Shown: positions 24,786-37,966 of the stretch, one piece after another
Numbering within the stretch: the stretch's first letter is position 1
Layout: every line of letters begins with the position of its first letter
Assembly (NCBI RefSeq): GCF_006345805.1
Contig: NW_021834791.1
Span: 8,866 to 72,865 of the forward strand
Direction of reading: 5' to 3'
Length of the DNA stretch: 64,000 nucleotides
Source: Octopus sinensis
Lineage: Eukaryota
Translations under genes and position numbers: made by a program
The notes under the pieces: generated by a model
The model's database searches: none
Told to the model about the DNA's origin: nothing
The model's input: only the letters and a program-made list of their open reading frames with translations

Positions 24786-25010
24786 TTTTAACCCAGACGA
24801 TTTGATCTACCGTTAGTCTCTCGAACACTCTGGCTCATTTGCTCTTTGTCGAGATTAAGCAAAATATTGCCCATGAAGCGATTGCTTTTTGATGCTGGTG
24901 TTTTTAAACCAGACGATTTGATCCACTGTTAGTTTCTCGAACACTCTGGCTCATTTGCTCTTTGTCGAGATTAGCAAAGTATTGCCTATGAAGCGATTGC
25001 TTTTTGATGC
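24786..25010 (+). repeat. Two-copy ~115-bp direct duplication
   Basis: ccagacgatttgatc...ctcgaacactctggctcatttgctctttgtcgagatt...tttttgatgc at ~24790 and ~24907. Confidence 0.9.
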
Positions 25011-25458
25011 CAATTCAAAACAACACCGACAGCAACACCAGCAATACCACTATCAACACCAGTAGCAACAACCCATACTATTGGTAGTTATAAATTATAA
25101 TCAGACATACGTTTGTTGATAAAAAGAAAATTTTCACAATATGGAGAAGAAGAGACAGATGGACTGTGCAAATGAAATGAAATTCGCTTCATATAAACAT
25201 ATTTAGGTTATATTGTTGTCTTACAATGAAAACGGACAGGAGTTCAGAGAAAATAAGAGGTTGTTTGTTCAGTTGTTTATCAGCAATATTTTGGTTATCT
25301 CATGTGTAGGTTGATATATTCATGTATGTGGTGATGAGAAAATTTTTATTGGCTTACACACCTACTCACATATACATAAATATTTCTGAAAGTGGTTGTG
25401 TGTGTGTGCGTATGTGTGTTTGAGCATGTATGTATATATGTACATATATACATACAGA

Positions 25459-25493
<35 letters not shown>

Positions 25494-25563
25494 GCATGAT
25501 ATGTACTGGTATATATAGATACATCTATCTCCGTATACATACACACACACACACGTATATGTA

Positions 25564-25629
<66 letters not shown>

Positions 25630-25699
25630 GCCAGTATAGGCCTAGGCCATGTCTAACTCAATAGCACCACCTGGTGAAGTCTTTTAGTCATATATGAGG

Positions 25700-26020
25700 C
25701 ACTATGGCCCACGCTAGCAAAGAGTTATTATTGTTGGAGACATATCCGAGTGTAGGAGGTTGGTCCGCGATTTTTTGAAGAAATTTGTCCAGTGAACTTT
25801 TGAATTTTATGGGACCTGTTTCCGTTTTGACGTATTTTGGTATGGTATTAAAGAGAGCTGGACCGGTTGAGGTAAAGTAGTTGTGACGTACTGTTGCTAT
25901 GTGTACCGAGTTGGATTTTTGTAGTGGGCGGATAGCACGGGGGCCAAGACTGGGATGGATTTTAAAATTGATGCCAACATCATTTGTGCAATATTAATGG
26001 AATATTTTCCACATCACACA
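25700..26020 (-). mobile_element. CR1-group LINE ORF2 3' end
   Basis: NDVGINFKIHPSLGPRAIRP(frameshift)...RHNYFTSTGPALFNTIPK...FKSSLDKFLQKIADQPPTLGY; same family as 41165-41550. Confidence 0.75.
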
Positions 26021-26984
26021 AATGATGTAGCGACACACATGCATTTATCGATATACTTGTATGTTTCTTTCGCCGAGTGGCTAAAAAGTTCGCCTTGCAA
26101 CCTTGATGTCCCGAGTTCAATCTCATTTTGTGACACCACAACACGCCAACAAGAGGATTTCTACTCAGTTGCTTATTGTGCTAGAAACATTAACCGATGG
26201 AATGAGCAGGAAAGGAGTGTCCTTGTTCTGAACGATGTGGGTATATATGGAGTTAAACCACAGTGACGATATCGACATTAGTAAAAAAAAAAAAACAGCA
26301 GCCATTATAATAACGAAAACACAAACGACTGTTGCGAGAAAGACGGCAACAACAATAACAGAAAAACAACAAAAATAACATTAACAATAGCAACAACAAG
26401 AGTAACAACAATAATTGCAGTAATGGAAACAACAAACAACAACAATAATAACAAAAAAAAAATACGACAAGTGTGACAATACAACAACAAAAATCAGAAA
26501 TTTTCTATAGCGAGTCTGAAACGTTTGAATAAGTTTAGATATATCGAATATAATTTAAATGATTAAAAAATAAACAAGTAAAAAAATATATAACCAAGAA
26601 AAACCTTGTTTATGATTATTTAATGTCCACTATGTTAGACAAAAATAACCACTTACTAAAAATATATGTCCAACACAAAGCTTTTGTCGTGATGGCAAAT
26701 ATTTCATTGATTTCAATACCAAAACAAAGAATAATAACATTCGACCCCCTTAAGCAGACACAAGTTAATCCATTAGAATAAATATTGCTTCTCTGGTTTC
26801 TTAAATTTCTTTTTCCCCCCGAGCAGACATAAAAAAAAAATTATTTTTCATAGTTGAATATTATTTGTAAATTCCGATAACAATTAAACGAGAGAGTTTT
26901 GTAAAATTACTTAAAGTATATTCTTGGGGGTTTATGATAGAATAAATAAAAAGATGCAATTTAGATCACTTCATTTATTCAGTT

Positions 26985-26991
26985 ACTTACT

Positions 26992-27058
<67 letters not shown>

Positions 27059-27217
27059 GTTGTTGTTGTTGTTGTTTGTCTAAGGCATATATTTTGGGGA
27101 TGAAGGTGGAAGCAGAAGAATTTGTACTTGTGCATTTTATCTGCAGAAAGCGTGTATGAATGAACACACATACATACACGTAGGGACAGACACACGGTCA
27201 AACGCGCGCGCATAAAC

Positions 27218-27299
<82 letters not shown>

Positions 27300-27332
27300 A
27301 ATAATATATATATAATAATATATATATAAATA

Positions 27333-27375
<43 letters not shown>
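26985..27375. repeat. (TAC)n, (TA)n and (TG)n microsatellites
   Basis: Directly visible. Confidence 0.95.
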
Positions 27376-27377
<2 letters not shown>

Positions 27378-27689
27378 GGAGTGTTAATATGCTTTGCTAC
27401 CTTCTTTGATATCCCGGTATCTCTCTCCCTTTATATATATATTATATATATATATATATGAGGAATAGCCAAGTGGATTCCTATATGCTAGAAGAAGACG
27501 CCAATCGTCTTACCACGAAGAATATGTTTTCAAAAATTTTAGCAAACGTAATTTTATATATACATGTATATATATATATGTGTGTGTATGTGTGTGTGTA
27601 TATGTATACACAGTATATTATATACTGTGGGGACACACATACACGCACACACATATATATACAATGTGTGTGTGTGTGTGTGTAATGTA

Positions 27690-28340
27690 ATGTTCCGTGA
27701 TAGTACAATCAACACCGTAGATAAATTTAGGAAACAACTTGCCTCTACCCTCAGTCAATTCGGTCTTAAAATCACAGTCGCTACTAATCTATCTAAAGTC
27801 GACTTTTTTATGTTTCCCTCGACTTCAACTCTTCCTTTAATAAACTTTACCATAAGCCCAACGAGAAACTTTCCTATGTACACAAAGAGTCTGGTCATCC
27901 CAGTTGTAGCTAACATTAGTAACAGAGTATCTAACTTCTCTCCCTCTAAAGAAATCTTCGAGAAGCAACCCTTTGCTACAACAATGCCCTAGCCTATAGT
28001 TGTTTTAAAAATAACTTAATGTATCATCTTTCTAATAACTTTACGAATTATAATAATAGACCAAAAAATAGACCTAAGAGAATAATTTGGTTTGCCCCAC
28101 TTTTCCCCTTAATGTTAAAACTAACATATGTAAAAGATTCCTGCCTCTCTTAGACAGATTCCAGAAAATCACAAGCACAGAAAAATATTCAACAAGAATT
28201 CAGTTGAATTATTATATAGCTGCTGACCCTATATGAAGAGCATCTTTACACGCAAACACCACCAAGAGCCTACTCCTCGTTGTAACTGTCGAGACCCAAG
28301 CGTCTGTCCACTCGACCAGGGATGCATGATTAAATCCGTC
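27690..28340 (+). mobile_element. Penelope-like (Naiad-like, inferred) RT thumb and Cys-rich linker fragment
   Basis: FGLKITVATNLSKVDF...YHKPNEKLSYVHKESGHP...RPKRIIWFAP...NVKTNICKRFL...KIFNKNSVELLYSC*PYMKSI...RCNCRDPSVCPLDQGCMIKSVI, with frameshifts. Confidence 0.85.
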
Positions 28341-28344
28341 ATAA

Positions 28345-28502
28345 GCAATTTGTTCGGCGTGCTAATGATTCTGCCAGCTCACCACCTTAATAAGGGTTTC
28401 AAATTTTGACACAAGGCCAGCAATTGGGAAAGGGAGGAAAATCAATTATAGTTACCCAAGTGTTTAATTGGTACTTATTTCATCGACCCTGAAATGATGA
28501 AA
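28345..28502 (-). mobile_element. SINE family B fragments
   Basis: ggcgtgctaatgattctgccagctc and ggtacttatttcatcgaccctgaaa match family B. Confidence 0.65.
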
Positions 28503-28504
28503 GG

Positions 28505-28680
28505 TCTGAAATCACAGTCGTTACTAATCTGTCTAAAGTCAATTTTTTAGATGTTTCCCTAGACCTCAACTCCTCCTCTTATAAAACTTAACATAAAACC
28601 AAGGAGAGACTTTCCTATATACACAAAGAGTCTGGCCACCCGAACTGTAACGGACGTTAGTAACAGAGTATCTAACTTCT
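28505..28680 (+). mobile_element. Second diverged copy of the PLE RT segment at ~27770-27940
   Basis: ITVVTNLSKVNFLDVSLDLNSSSYK...LSYIHKESGHP. Confidence 0.8.
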
Positions 28681-29122
28681 AACCTCCGCGGAATCTGAAC
28701 TTAGGACAAGACGAACAAAATGCCTCTAAGCATTCGATCAGTTATGTTAACTATTCCACCAGCTCTTGACGCTTTATTAATAATTAATAAATGTTTATGG
28801 GAATTTAACATTCTTCGTGTTTTCCAGTGGCTAAAATGTATCTTCACGCTTTCGTTGATTTAGTTTCAAACACACAAATGGATCTTTGTATGGGTGTGCG
28901 TGTCTGTGTGTCAATGTGTATCTAGGCATTTTATATACATGTGTGTGTGTGCGTGTGCGTGCGCGCGTGTGTGGTATATCTATGCGCCATTATGTATCTG
29001 AGTACGTATGTGTGAGTCTGCATATCCTTATGTATCTGTATATGTTTGTACGAATGTGTATGTCTGTGCATTTCCTCTGGTATCTATCTATCTTTATGTC
29101 TGTCTGTCTGTTTATCTATCTG

Positions 29123-29185
<63 letters not shown>

Positions 29186-29263
29186 ATCTTTCTCTGTCTT
29201 AAGCACCACCAGCTCAAATATTGTCTCCTCTGTCTTCCCTCCTTGGTATCTTTCCTTCTCCTT

Positions 29264-29298
29264 GTTTCCGACGAAGAGCTCCGCTCGAAACGTTAAAC
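29264..29298 (+). ncRNA. Minimal hammerhead-like motif (U4C variant)
   Basis: GTTT-CCGACGA-A-GAGC(TCC)GCTC-GAAAC-GTT-AAAC; stem I GTTT/AAAC; stem III has no loop. Confidence 0.5.
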
Positions 29299-29397
29299 CC
29301 TCCTTCCCTTCTTTCCTGAGCGTCAATAATACTTTAATTGTTCCACGTCCTGCGTTGCTGTGTTTTTTCTCTTTTTTTCTGTGTTTTCTTGTTGGAT

Positions 29398-29489
<92 letters not shown>

Positions 29490-29606
29490 TTATATATATA
29501 TATATATAGTTAATCCAAACATGAAAACACAAAGAGAAAACGTAACAACGCGAGGACGTGGAACAAGTATGTTATTGGACGCTCAAGAAAGAAGGAAAGA
29601 AGGTGG

Positions 29607-29641
29607 GTCTAACGTTTCGAACGGAGCTCTTCGTCAGAAAC
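29607..29641 (-). ncRNA. Minimal hammerhead-like motif (canonical core)
   Basis: Reverse complement: GTTT-CTGACGA-A-GAGC(TCC)GTTC-GAAAC-GTT-AGAC. Confidence 0.55.
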
Positions 29642-29987
29642 ATAGGAAAAGGAAAGATCCAAAGAAGGGAAGACGGCAGAAAAAAATCGCCAACGGTACA
29701 CTGCATATACATGTGTATCTGCATATGTGTGTAAATCGGTACATTATATACACACAAATATTCAAACAGCTTACATTAATCTCCGGATATATATATATCT
29801 TTCAATATATATCTATCTATTTATATGTGTGTGTGTGATGGTGTATCTATGTAGATATGTACATATGTATATGTGTGTATCATCGTGCATCTCTCTGCCT
29901 CTCTGTTTATGTGTGAGTGAGTGGGCGTGTGTATGTGTGTAAATATCTGTGCGTAAATGACTGTGTGCCTAATCGTAGTACCAGTTT

Positions 29988-30025
<38 letters not shown>

Positions 30026-30339
30026 TACACACACATAAATATATATGTATGCTTAAACGATTTAAACCAGCGATCCTTAGCTCGATTCACAAACTTGTGT
30101 ATATGAATCGTTTTTACTGATATTTCCCTTCATTTTCTAATCTATATTGCGACCAATTTGGAATTCAAAAATAAATTAAAGAACGAATCTAAAATTAGAG
30201 TGGTTCCGTTGTCTTCATTGGCTTTCCAATACCATTCTCTGAAGAAAGTCTGAAAATGGTGTCTTAGAAAAGATATCACAATAGATTTTTTTATCTCACT
30301 ATCTACGTTCTAAAAAGAGTCAAGATCAAAAATATATTA

Positions 30340-31360
<1,021 letters not shown>

Positions 31361-31371
31361 AATAATAATCT

Positions 31372-31555
31372 TTTCCACTACAGGCACAAGGCCTGAAATC
31401 TGGGGGAAAGGGGGCAAATCGATTGAATCGACCCAATACTGAACTGGTACTTATTCCCTCAGCCCCCAAAAGTACTTATGTCATATACCCCAAAAGAGGC
31501 CGGAAGAATTTGTACTCAGGACGTAAAGAGAGACGAAATGCCGCAAACCGTAACT
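31372..31555 (-). mobile_element. SINE family B (diverged, alternative tail)
   Basis: ggcacaaggcctgaaat...gacccaatactgaactggtacttatt...gacgaaatgccgc. Confidence 0.65.
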
Positions 31556-32661
31556 TAGCGGTTTGGCAAAATAGCGTGATAAATATATCTTGTAGACTTT
31601 AAAAATTTCATCTACTGTTTGATTAAACAGTTGAAATTTGTGCTCCAGAAAGGGCGTATTGCTATGATTAATATATGTAAAAGGATAAAGTATACACGCA
31701 CGCGCGCACGCATAGAAACACACACAATGAGTTGCTCCTTTGTTTTACTGGGAAATGTAATAATCGATAAAAAGTGCTATTGTTTTTTGCTTGTTTCTGT
31801 TCCCTTTATCACATACATACATACATAAATACATACATAAATACATACATATATACACACTTACACACACATATACAGATATAGATATATGATTAATGAG
31901 ACGGAAGATGGGTGATACGGGAATGTTTATTAATTACTATAGTTCTTTCTACCCATCTAGCATCGATCGTTCGCGGGTGGGATACTTAGCAACTGGTTTA
32001 GGTGTATCTGTCGGTATAGATGTGTCTCTTCAGGTGATTACAAGATATATCTCTTAAAATACAGACTGTTCTGCAAAATAAAGACTTTTTCTCGGTTTGT
32101 CTATAGAACAGCAAATTAATACATTTTTTGCTGTATTATGAATTCGTTTCCTTCTGCGTTTGTTATTTATTATTGATCTATAAAAATAATAATAGCAAAT
32201 AATGATAACAAAATTAAAACTGCATACCAAAGGGCTTTGAAACTACAAAAATTTACTGTGAAAATAATAAAGGTAGAAAATTTTATATGAAAATAGGTTG
32301 TCTATTGACTTTATTACGCATGCTGAACACCTGTATGAAAATTTCTTTAAATTTTCTACCCTTATTATTTTCACAGTATATATATATATATACAATCACA
32401 CACTATGTTCGTGCATGCGCGTATGTGCGTGTATGTGTTTGTGTGTGTGTGTGTGCGCGCGCGCGCGTGTATCTATACAAACATATCTCTTGAATCATAC
32501 GCTTCTCTTTCATTAGCCCTAGGTTACTCTGGTGGTTGAAAATATTCGGGCTGTGTCTTTTATATGATGCGTGGTCGTCAGGGATATATGTCTTGAGTTT
32601 CAGATGTGATAAATAGGACAGGTAAAAGGTTAATTAAAGTAGACGTAGGTAAACTAAGTAA

Positions 32662-32711
<50 letters not shown>

Positions 32712-33714
32712 AGAGAAATTTCGGAACCACCAGCACGTTTCAAAACGGGATTTATTAGGTGCCTTCACCATAAACTATCCATTATGAATACCATGGCCCT
32801 AATCAAAATGGGTGGACGAACGAGAACTGAAAGCGAACGTGAATTCAAATGACTGCAAGGTTCTACCTAACTTCATGACAATCAGCGAATGCTGGAAATT
32901 AATATTTTGCCGAGGGATATGATTGATAAATTGTATAGACCGAGGGACCAAAATGCCCGTTCTTATTTAATTACAACTTCCGTTCATCCTAAGTCCTTCC
33001 AAATTCGTCGTGCTTGAATTTTCATTGAAGAGTCAAGCAGTGGAGGTCAATTCAATCGACCACATTCCTTATTTCGCGACGCGTACCCGTCTATCGAGTC
33101 CAGAAAACAATATATTATTCCACTCCAAAGGTCTGTCCTCTCCTCGTATTTCGCTGTCTTTCAGAAGACTTCTCTCCTTAATACTCTATACTCTACTCTA
33201 CATGTTTATACTCTCCTATTATTATTATTATTATTATCAATATTATTATTATTATCCTTTCTTTTAGTCTTTATTTCCAGTCTTTTCCATTTTCCATGGT
33301 CGTTGCACCTCTTCTCACTTCTTCAATGTCACATTTTCCTTCCTTAATTCAATATAACAACATATGAACATTGTTTTATTAAATATTCCTCGATTGAATT
33401 AATTAATTCATACAATTTGTCGTCTGTTACGTGATTCTCCCGCCAATTCTTTCCAAAAATCTATCTCTCTGTCTCACTTTTTCTCTCTCTTTCTCTTATC
33501 TATCTGTCTCCCCTATTCTCTCTCATGCTCTCTCCTTGCTCCAAACTTTCTACGCCCCCACTCTATTTATCCCCCTTCACTATTGCACTTCATTCTCCCC
33601 CTCTCTCTCTCTCTCTTTGTATATCATTATTATGCTTGCATATTTGTCTCTTATTTTCTATTATATTCCTAACAAATTGTTGTTTCAGTGTCTGCATCTC
33701 CTGTTCTGCATCCC

Positions 33715-33820
33715 TCACTCACTCACTCACTCACTCACTCACTCACTCACTCACTCATTCACTCACTCACTCACTCACTCACTCACTCACTCACTCACTC
33801 ACTCACTCATTCACTCACTC
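33715..33820. repeat. (ACTC)n microsatellite within a long pyrimidine-rich tract
   Basis: Directly visible. Confidence 0.95.
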
Positions 33821-35009
33821 AGTCTCTCTTTCACTTACTCTCTCTCTCTTTCCTTGTCTCTTTAATCCTTTTCTCTCACTCCCTCACTTCGTCCCTGTCT
33901 CCCCCTCCTTCATCTGTTGCTTCCCTCAATCTCCCAATGTCGTCTGCACTATCGTCTGCATTCCCACTCATTCACAGTCTCTGCCAATCCCCCTTCCCAA
34001 TCGGAGTCCATTCTCGCACCCACTCTCTCTCACCCCACCTCTCTTTCTCTCTATCTCTATCTCTGCCTCACTCCCTCTCTCTCTGTCTCATCTCTTTTTC
34101 CCTAACTCTCTCTCATCCCCTTTTTACCCCCTCTCTCTCTCTCTCATTTATTAGCTCCCACCATCAATATCTCCACCCCCATTACCATCCTCCGTCTCGT
34201 TCTCATCCTCCCGTATAAACCACTGCTTAGTCATCTCCTTGCGTTGTATTTGCCATGTTTCTTACTACCTCAGACCCCGCCGCAAACACACACACACACA
34301 CACACACGCACACGTACGCACGCACGCACGCACACGTACACGCGTGCGCGTACCGAATTATACACCTACGCTTTTACACACACGCGCGCACACTCAAACA
34401 CGAACTCGACAAATGCGTTCATAAAGCTCACATCGTAGAGACTCAACATTAACTCTATTACAAACATGTAAAACACTAGCAGCAGCAGCAGTAGCAGCAG
34501 CAGCATCTGGCCTTGTCCTGGTTTATAAATACTTAAAATAAATACAATTTTAGAAGTAAAATACAAAAATATACAGAAATTGCTTTGAAAACAGGCCAAC
34601 GATGTTTATACGGTTGCCCTTGGAATGGCGATTAAATTGTATTTGTTGCATTAAAGCATCCAAGCATCATATTTGTTACAGCCAACCGTGGTCGGCATCT
34701 TGGAGCATAAATACATACATACATACATACATACATACATACATACAAACAAAAATACCATGTTGTTGATGTTGAAATTCCAATGAAGTAGCCTTGGATC
34801 TAGGTTAGAAACCGGCTCTTTCTCCATTGGCAAGAAATTTTGAAATAAACTGAATAATGACATAATCCATACATACATATTATACATACATACATACATA
34901 CGTACGTACGTACATATATACATACACACATACACACAGACATACATACATGCATACATACATACATACATACATACATACATACATACATACATACATA
35001 CATGCATGC

Positions 35010-35163
35010 ATTCTCTCCTTGTTTTTTTCTGTGTCCCTTTCTGTAGAAGAGCGTAGGCTCGAAACGTAAGAGACTTTTTCTATTCCTGAGCGTTATACTA
35101 ATACATCTGTTTGTTTTGTACACCACCTGTCTTCGTCTTTTGTTTTTTTCGTAAACTCTCCCT
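35010..35163 (+). mobile_element. Short hammerhead-like element ending at TATATATA
   Basis: Same layout as 29240-29402 (HHR-like motif, then cctgagcgt, U-rich tail, TA run) with a different sequence. Confidence 0.6.
35037..35072 (+). ncRNA. Minimal hammerhead-like motif (A6U variant)
   Basis: CTTT-CTGTAGA-A-GAGC(GTAG)GCTC-GAAAC-GTA-AGAG. Confidence 0.4.
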
Positions 35164-35444
35164 ATATATACCCCTTCTGGGTATTAGCGCACGTCTACGA
35201 TGAGTCTACGATTAAAAAAAAAAATTACCATAATTTTTTTCCCATTTTAAAGCATTTTTTTGCTATTATATAAGGGAAGTAACTCTCTAAAAATGTATTA
35301 TTAAATCTCAGAACGTAAAAACCTACAGTAACACCCCCCTTCGTGGTTAGCCATATTGAGATGGCTATTATACTTTACATCTCTAAAAATGCTTATATAG
35401 TTATTTCCCTTACAAACCCGAGCAACGCCGGGCGATACTGCTAG
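35163..35444 (+). mobile_element. Non-autonomous Helitron or Helitron 3' end
   Basis: GC hairpin cccgagcaacgccggg (35417-35432), then 8 nt, then CTAG (35441-35444) and T; TA-rich on both sides. Confidence 0.7.
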
Positions 35445-35689
35445 TATATATATATATATATATATTATATGTAAATTAAACTATGATCTTTTAACACCAA
35501 TGATCCACTTCTCATTGTTATTTATTGTTTCATTTCTTTTCTTTTCTATATATATATACTAAACCACGGTTTTACCTTTAAATTACCTAATACCGTTTAC
35601 CTTATAACTAAGACTATACATAATGCGGTAATAACCAGGAGTGCCTACGGATACGTTTATCTATTATCTATTATCATACTAGATAATCG

Positions 35690-35885
35690 AACAGGGTAAC
35701 CCCCCCCACCACCACCACCACCGGTCGGAAGGCTAATCCGTCGCAGGGTTACCCATGTACAGCCGAACGGACTGGAGCAACATGAAATGACGTGTTTTTT
35801 CATGAATACGACGCGCCTCCGGGAATCGAACTCATGATGCAGCGATTGTGAGTGTAACACGCCTAACCACTGAACCACCGCGCAT
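35690..35885 (-). mobile_element. tRNA-derived SINE (diverged)
   Basis: tRNA-like head at the right end; shares the ggactggagcaac.tgaaat motif with families C and D. Confidence 0.65.
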
Positions 35886-36104
35886 CATCCTACACACACA
35901 CTCACACACATATTTATCTGAGAAATTATACTTTTTAATAGCGAATTCAGAGTTCACTAAAAAGATGTCCTCCCTAGAACTATCCAGAAACAATTGCTTT
36001 CAGGTAAAAATCTACTAAACGTAAATAAAAGGATAAGTAATGAAAAGTTTAAAAATATAGAAACAAAAGAACAGATAGTATAAAATGTCTTCGTTGATTA
36101 GATT

Positions 36105-36187
36105 ACGAAAATCGATAGTTTCTGGTGGACACGAAAATCGATAGATGCTGGTGGACACGAAAATCGATAGTCTCTGGTGGACACGAA
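36105..36187 (+). repeat. 26-bp minisatellite, 3 units
   Basis: acgaaaatcgatagNNNctggtggac at 36105, 36131 and 36157. Confidence 0.9.
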
Positions 36188-36304
36188 GTGAAATATCCAA
36201 ACGTAGAGCCTCTTGGATGGTTACAGCTTCTGACTTGAAAAAGATATTATTTCACACACTGTTCGGTAATATTGTAGATAATTTACAAGCGATAAGTGGT
36301 TGAT

Positions 36305-36347
36305 AGCGAACTCCAAGTTTCGGCTTGTTAGACCTCGTCAGATTCTG
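36305..36347 (-). ncRNA. Partial hammerhead-like motif (stem I not formed)
   Basis: Reverse complement: CTGACGA-GG(TCTAACAAG)CC-GAAACT(TGG)AGTT; the flanks do not pair. Confidence 0.3.
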
Positions 36348-36561
36348 ATATTAAGAAACACTACTAAAATGTATTAAAAAATCTTTCAGTTTTGATATCT
36401 ATTTATCCATGTATTTTTTTTTTACTTGTTTCAACCATTTGACTGTGGCCATGCTAAGGCACCCACCGCATTGAGGAATTTTTAGCCGAATGAATGGACC
36501 ACGGTGCAATTAAAGTCAAACCGCGAGCAAGCTTTGGTGTCTTAATTCTTGAATATATTTG

Positions 36562-36865
36562 GCACTCTGTCGCTTACAACAATGAGGGTTCCAGTTGATT
36601 TAGTTAATGGAACAGGCTGTTTGTGAAATTAATGTGCAAGTGGCTGAGTACTCCACGGGCATGCGTACTCTTAACGCAGTTCTCAGAATATGGCATCGCT
36701 GGCCCTTTGAAATACAAGCACTACTAATTCTTGCCAGCTGAGTGGGCTGGAGCAACGTGAAATAAAGTGTTTTGTTCAAAGACAGAACGCACTGCCAGGA
36801 ATCGAACTCAAAACCTTGTGATCGTAAACCGAATATCCTAACCATTAAGCCACTAACCAACGCGC
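36562..36865 (-). mobile_element. SINE family D
   Basis: tRNA-like head at the right end; core aaattaatgtgcaagtggctgag is shared with 48612-48815. Confidence 0.75.
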
Positions 36866-36884
36866 TGGTCTATGCTATACGGAG

Positions 36885-37225
36885 ACCCTTTTCGGTCACG
36901 AATGACCATGGGATTGCACCTAGAAAGTTACCCTTCGAGGCACAAGTCCGGGCAAGGTTGTTTTATGGAAGACCAGCAGTCACCCATGCGTACCAGCCTC
37001 CCCTCTTCATGCCACTGATATTATCCAAGGAAATCCAAAGAAAAGGCAAAGGGGCCGATATAGCTTAGCACCAGTGACATCGCAACTCATTTCTACAGCT
37101 GAGTGAACTGGAACAACGTGAAATAAAGTCTCTTGCTCAATAACACGCAGCCCGTTCCGGGATTCGAACTCACAACCACACGGTCGTAAGCCCGACGCTC
37201 GAACCACTGAACCATGCGCCTTCAC
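36885..37225 (-). mobile_element. SINE family C, near full length
   Basis: Reverse complement gtgaaggcgcatggttcagtggttcgagcgtcgggctt...gagttcgaatccc; colinear with 17005-17327. Confidence 0.85.
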
Positions 37226-37329
37226 TTGTCTATGTAGGCTTTGTATAACCATCAATAAAAATGGCAGTTATCAGTTGAGCTACGAAATCACCTTTCGAAG
37301 AATTCGGAAAGCTCGATTACTAGCACATT

Positions 37330-37800
37330 TTCGGCTGTAGTTTTTGAAGCGAAAGAGATTGTAGCTCATCACAGCGTTTCTGACGTCATCACCATTGTTT
37401 TATTTATTTGCTTGAAAATAGATAGCAATAGATTTGGATTCATTCTATGCCTACAAGTCGATATCAACTCTGTACTTCTATTCATTAACAGTTCGGAAAG
37501 TGGTTACATAATGCAAGATTTTTCAGTCAAAGGGAAAACTGCAGTTCTGAGGTTCTGTTCAAGACACTCATACGTATCTTTCTTTTGCCATCAAACAGTG
37601 TTTTCCATGTAAAGGTTCCCTTCCGAAAATGTATGTATGTTAGGATAGTCATCTCTTGAAACAGTTTACTGTTATTCCAATGAAAGCCATAGTACTGGCG
37701 ACTTTATTTCCAGCTGAAACCGTTTGATACGCCATACAGTTACTCATGAACCGGTAAAGCAAGGGATACGACGCAGTGATTCGGCAATTGCAGGTCACCG
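37330..37800 (-). mobile_element. Penelope-like Cys-linker and GIY-YIG endonuclease fragment (decayed)
   Basis: VTCNCRITASYPL...MAYQTVS...FIGITVNCFKR*LS*HTYIF...*KILHY, cf. CNC...CPL...IYQATV...YIGxTExxFKxRxxxH...WKIL. Confidence 0.7.
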
Positions 37801-37899
37801 ACTTTTGTGATGCGAATTTTATCTATTTACTTATTCATTTATTTTTGAAGAATTCTGTGGTTATGTAAAGGAATGATTTTTATAATAGAAAGGCTAGTG

Positions 37900-37935
37900 G
37901 ACACAAACACACACACACACATACACATACACACA

Positions 37936-37966
<31 letters not shown>

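Larger units (their letters stand above)
29240..29665. mobile_element. Tail-to-tail inverted pair of short hammerhead-bearing elements around a (TA)n tract
   Basis: ~29240-29402 and ~29505-29665 are diverged reverse complements, both ending ...ggattaac at the (TA)n. Confidence 0.8.

Noticed and set aside
31961-32039. Degenerate homologue of the 10825 hammerhead (minus strand)
   Set aside because: GAAC instead of GAAAC, no GUH triplet, stem I unpaired and no clear stem II; at most a dead relic.
36105-36187. CRISPR-like array
   Set aside because: Contiguous 26-bp units differing at only about 3 nt, with no spacers and no cas genes, in a eukaryotic context.
37355-37400. SECIS or hammerhead motif downstream of the GIY-YIG fragment (gtgatgacgtcagaaacgctgtgat, minus strand)
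   Set aside because: The helix between ATGA and TGA is far too short for a SECIS; the HHR core has C3G and no stem II.
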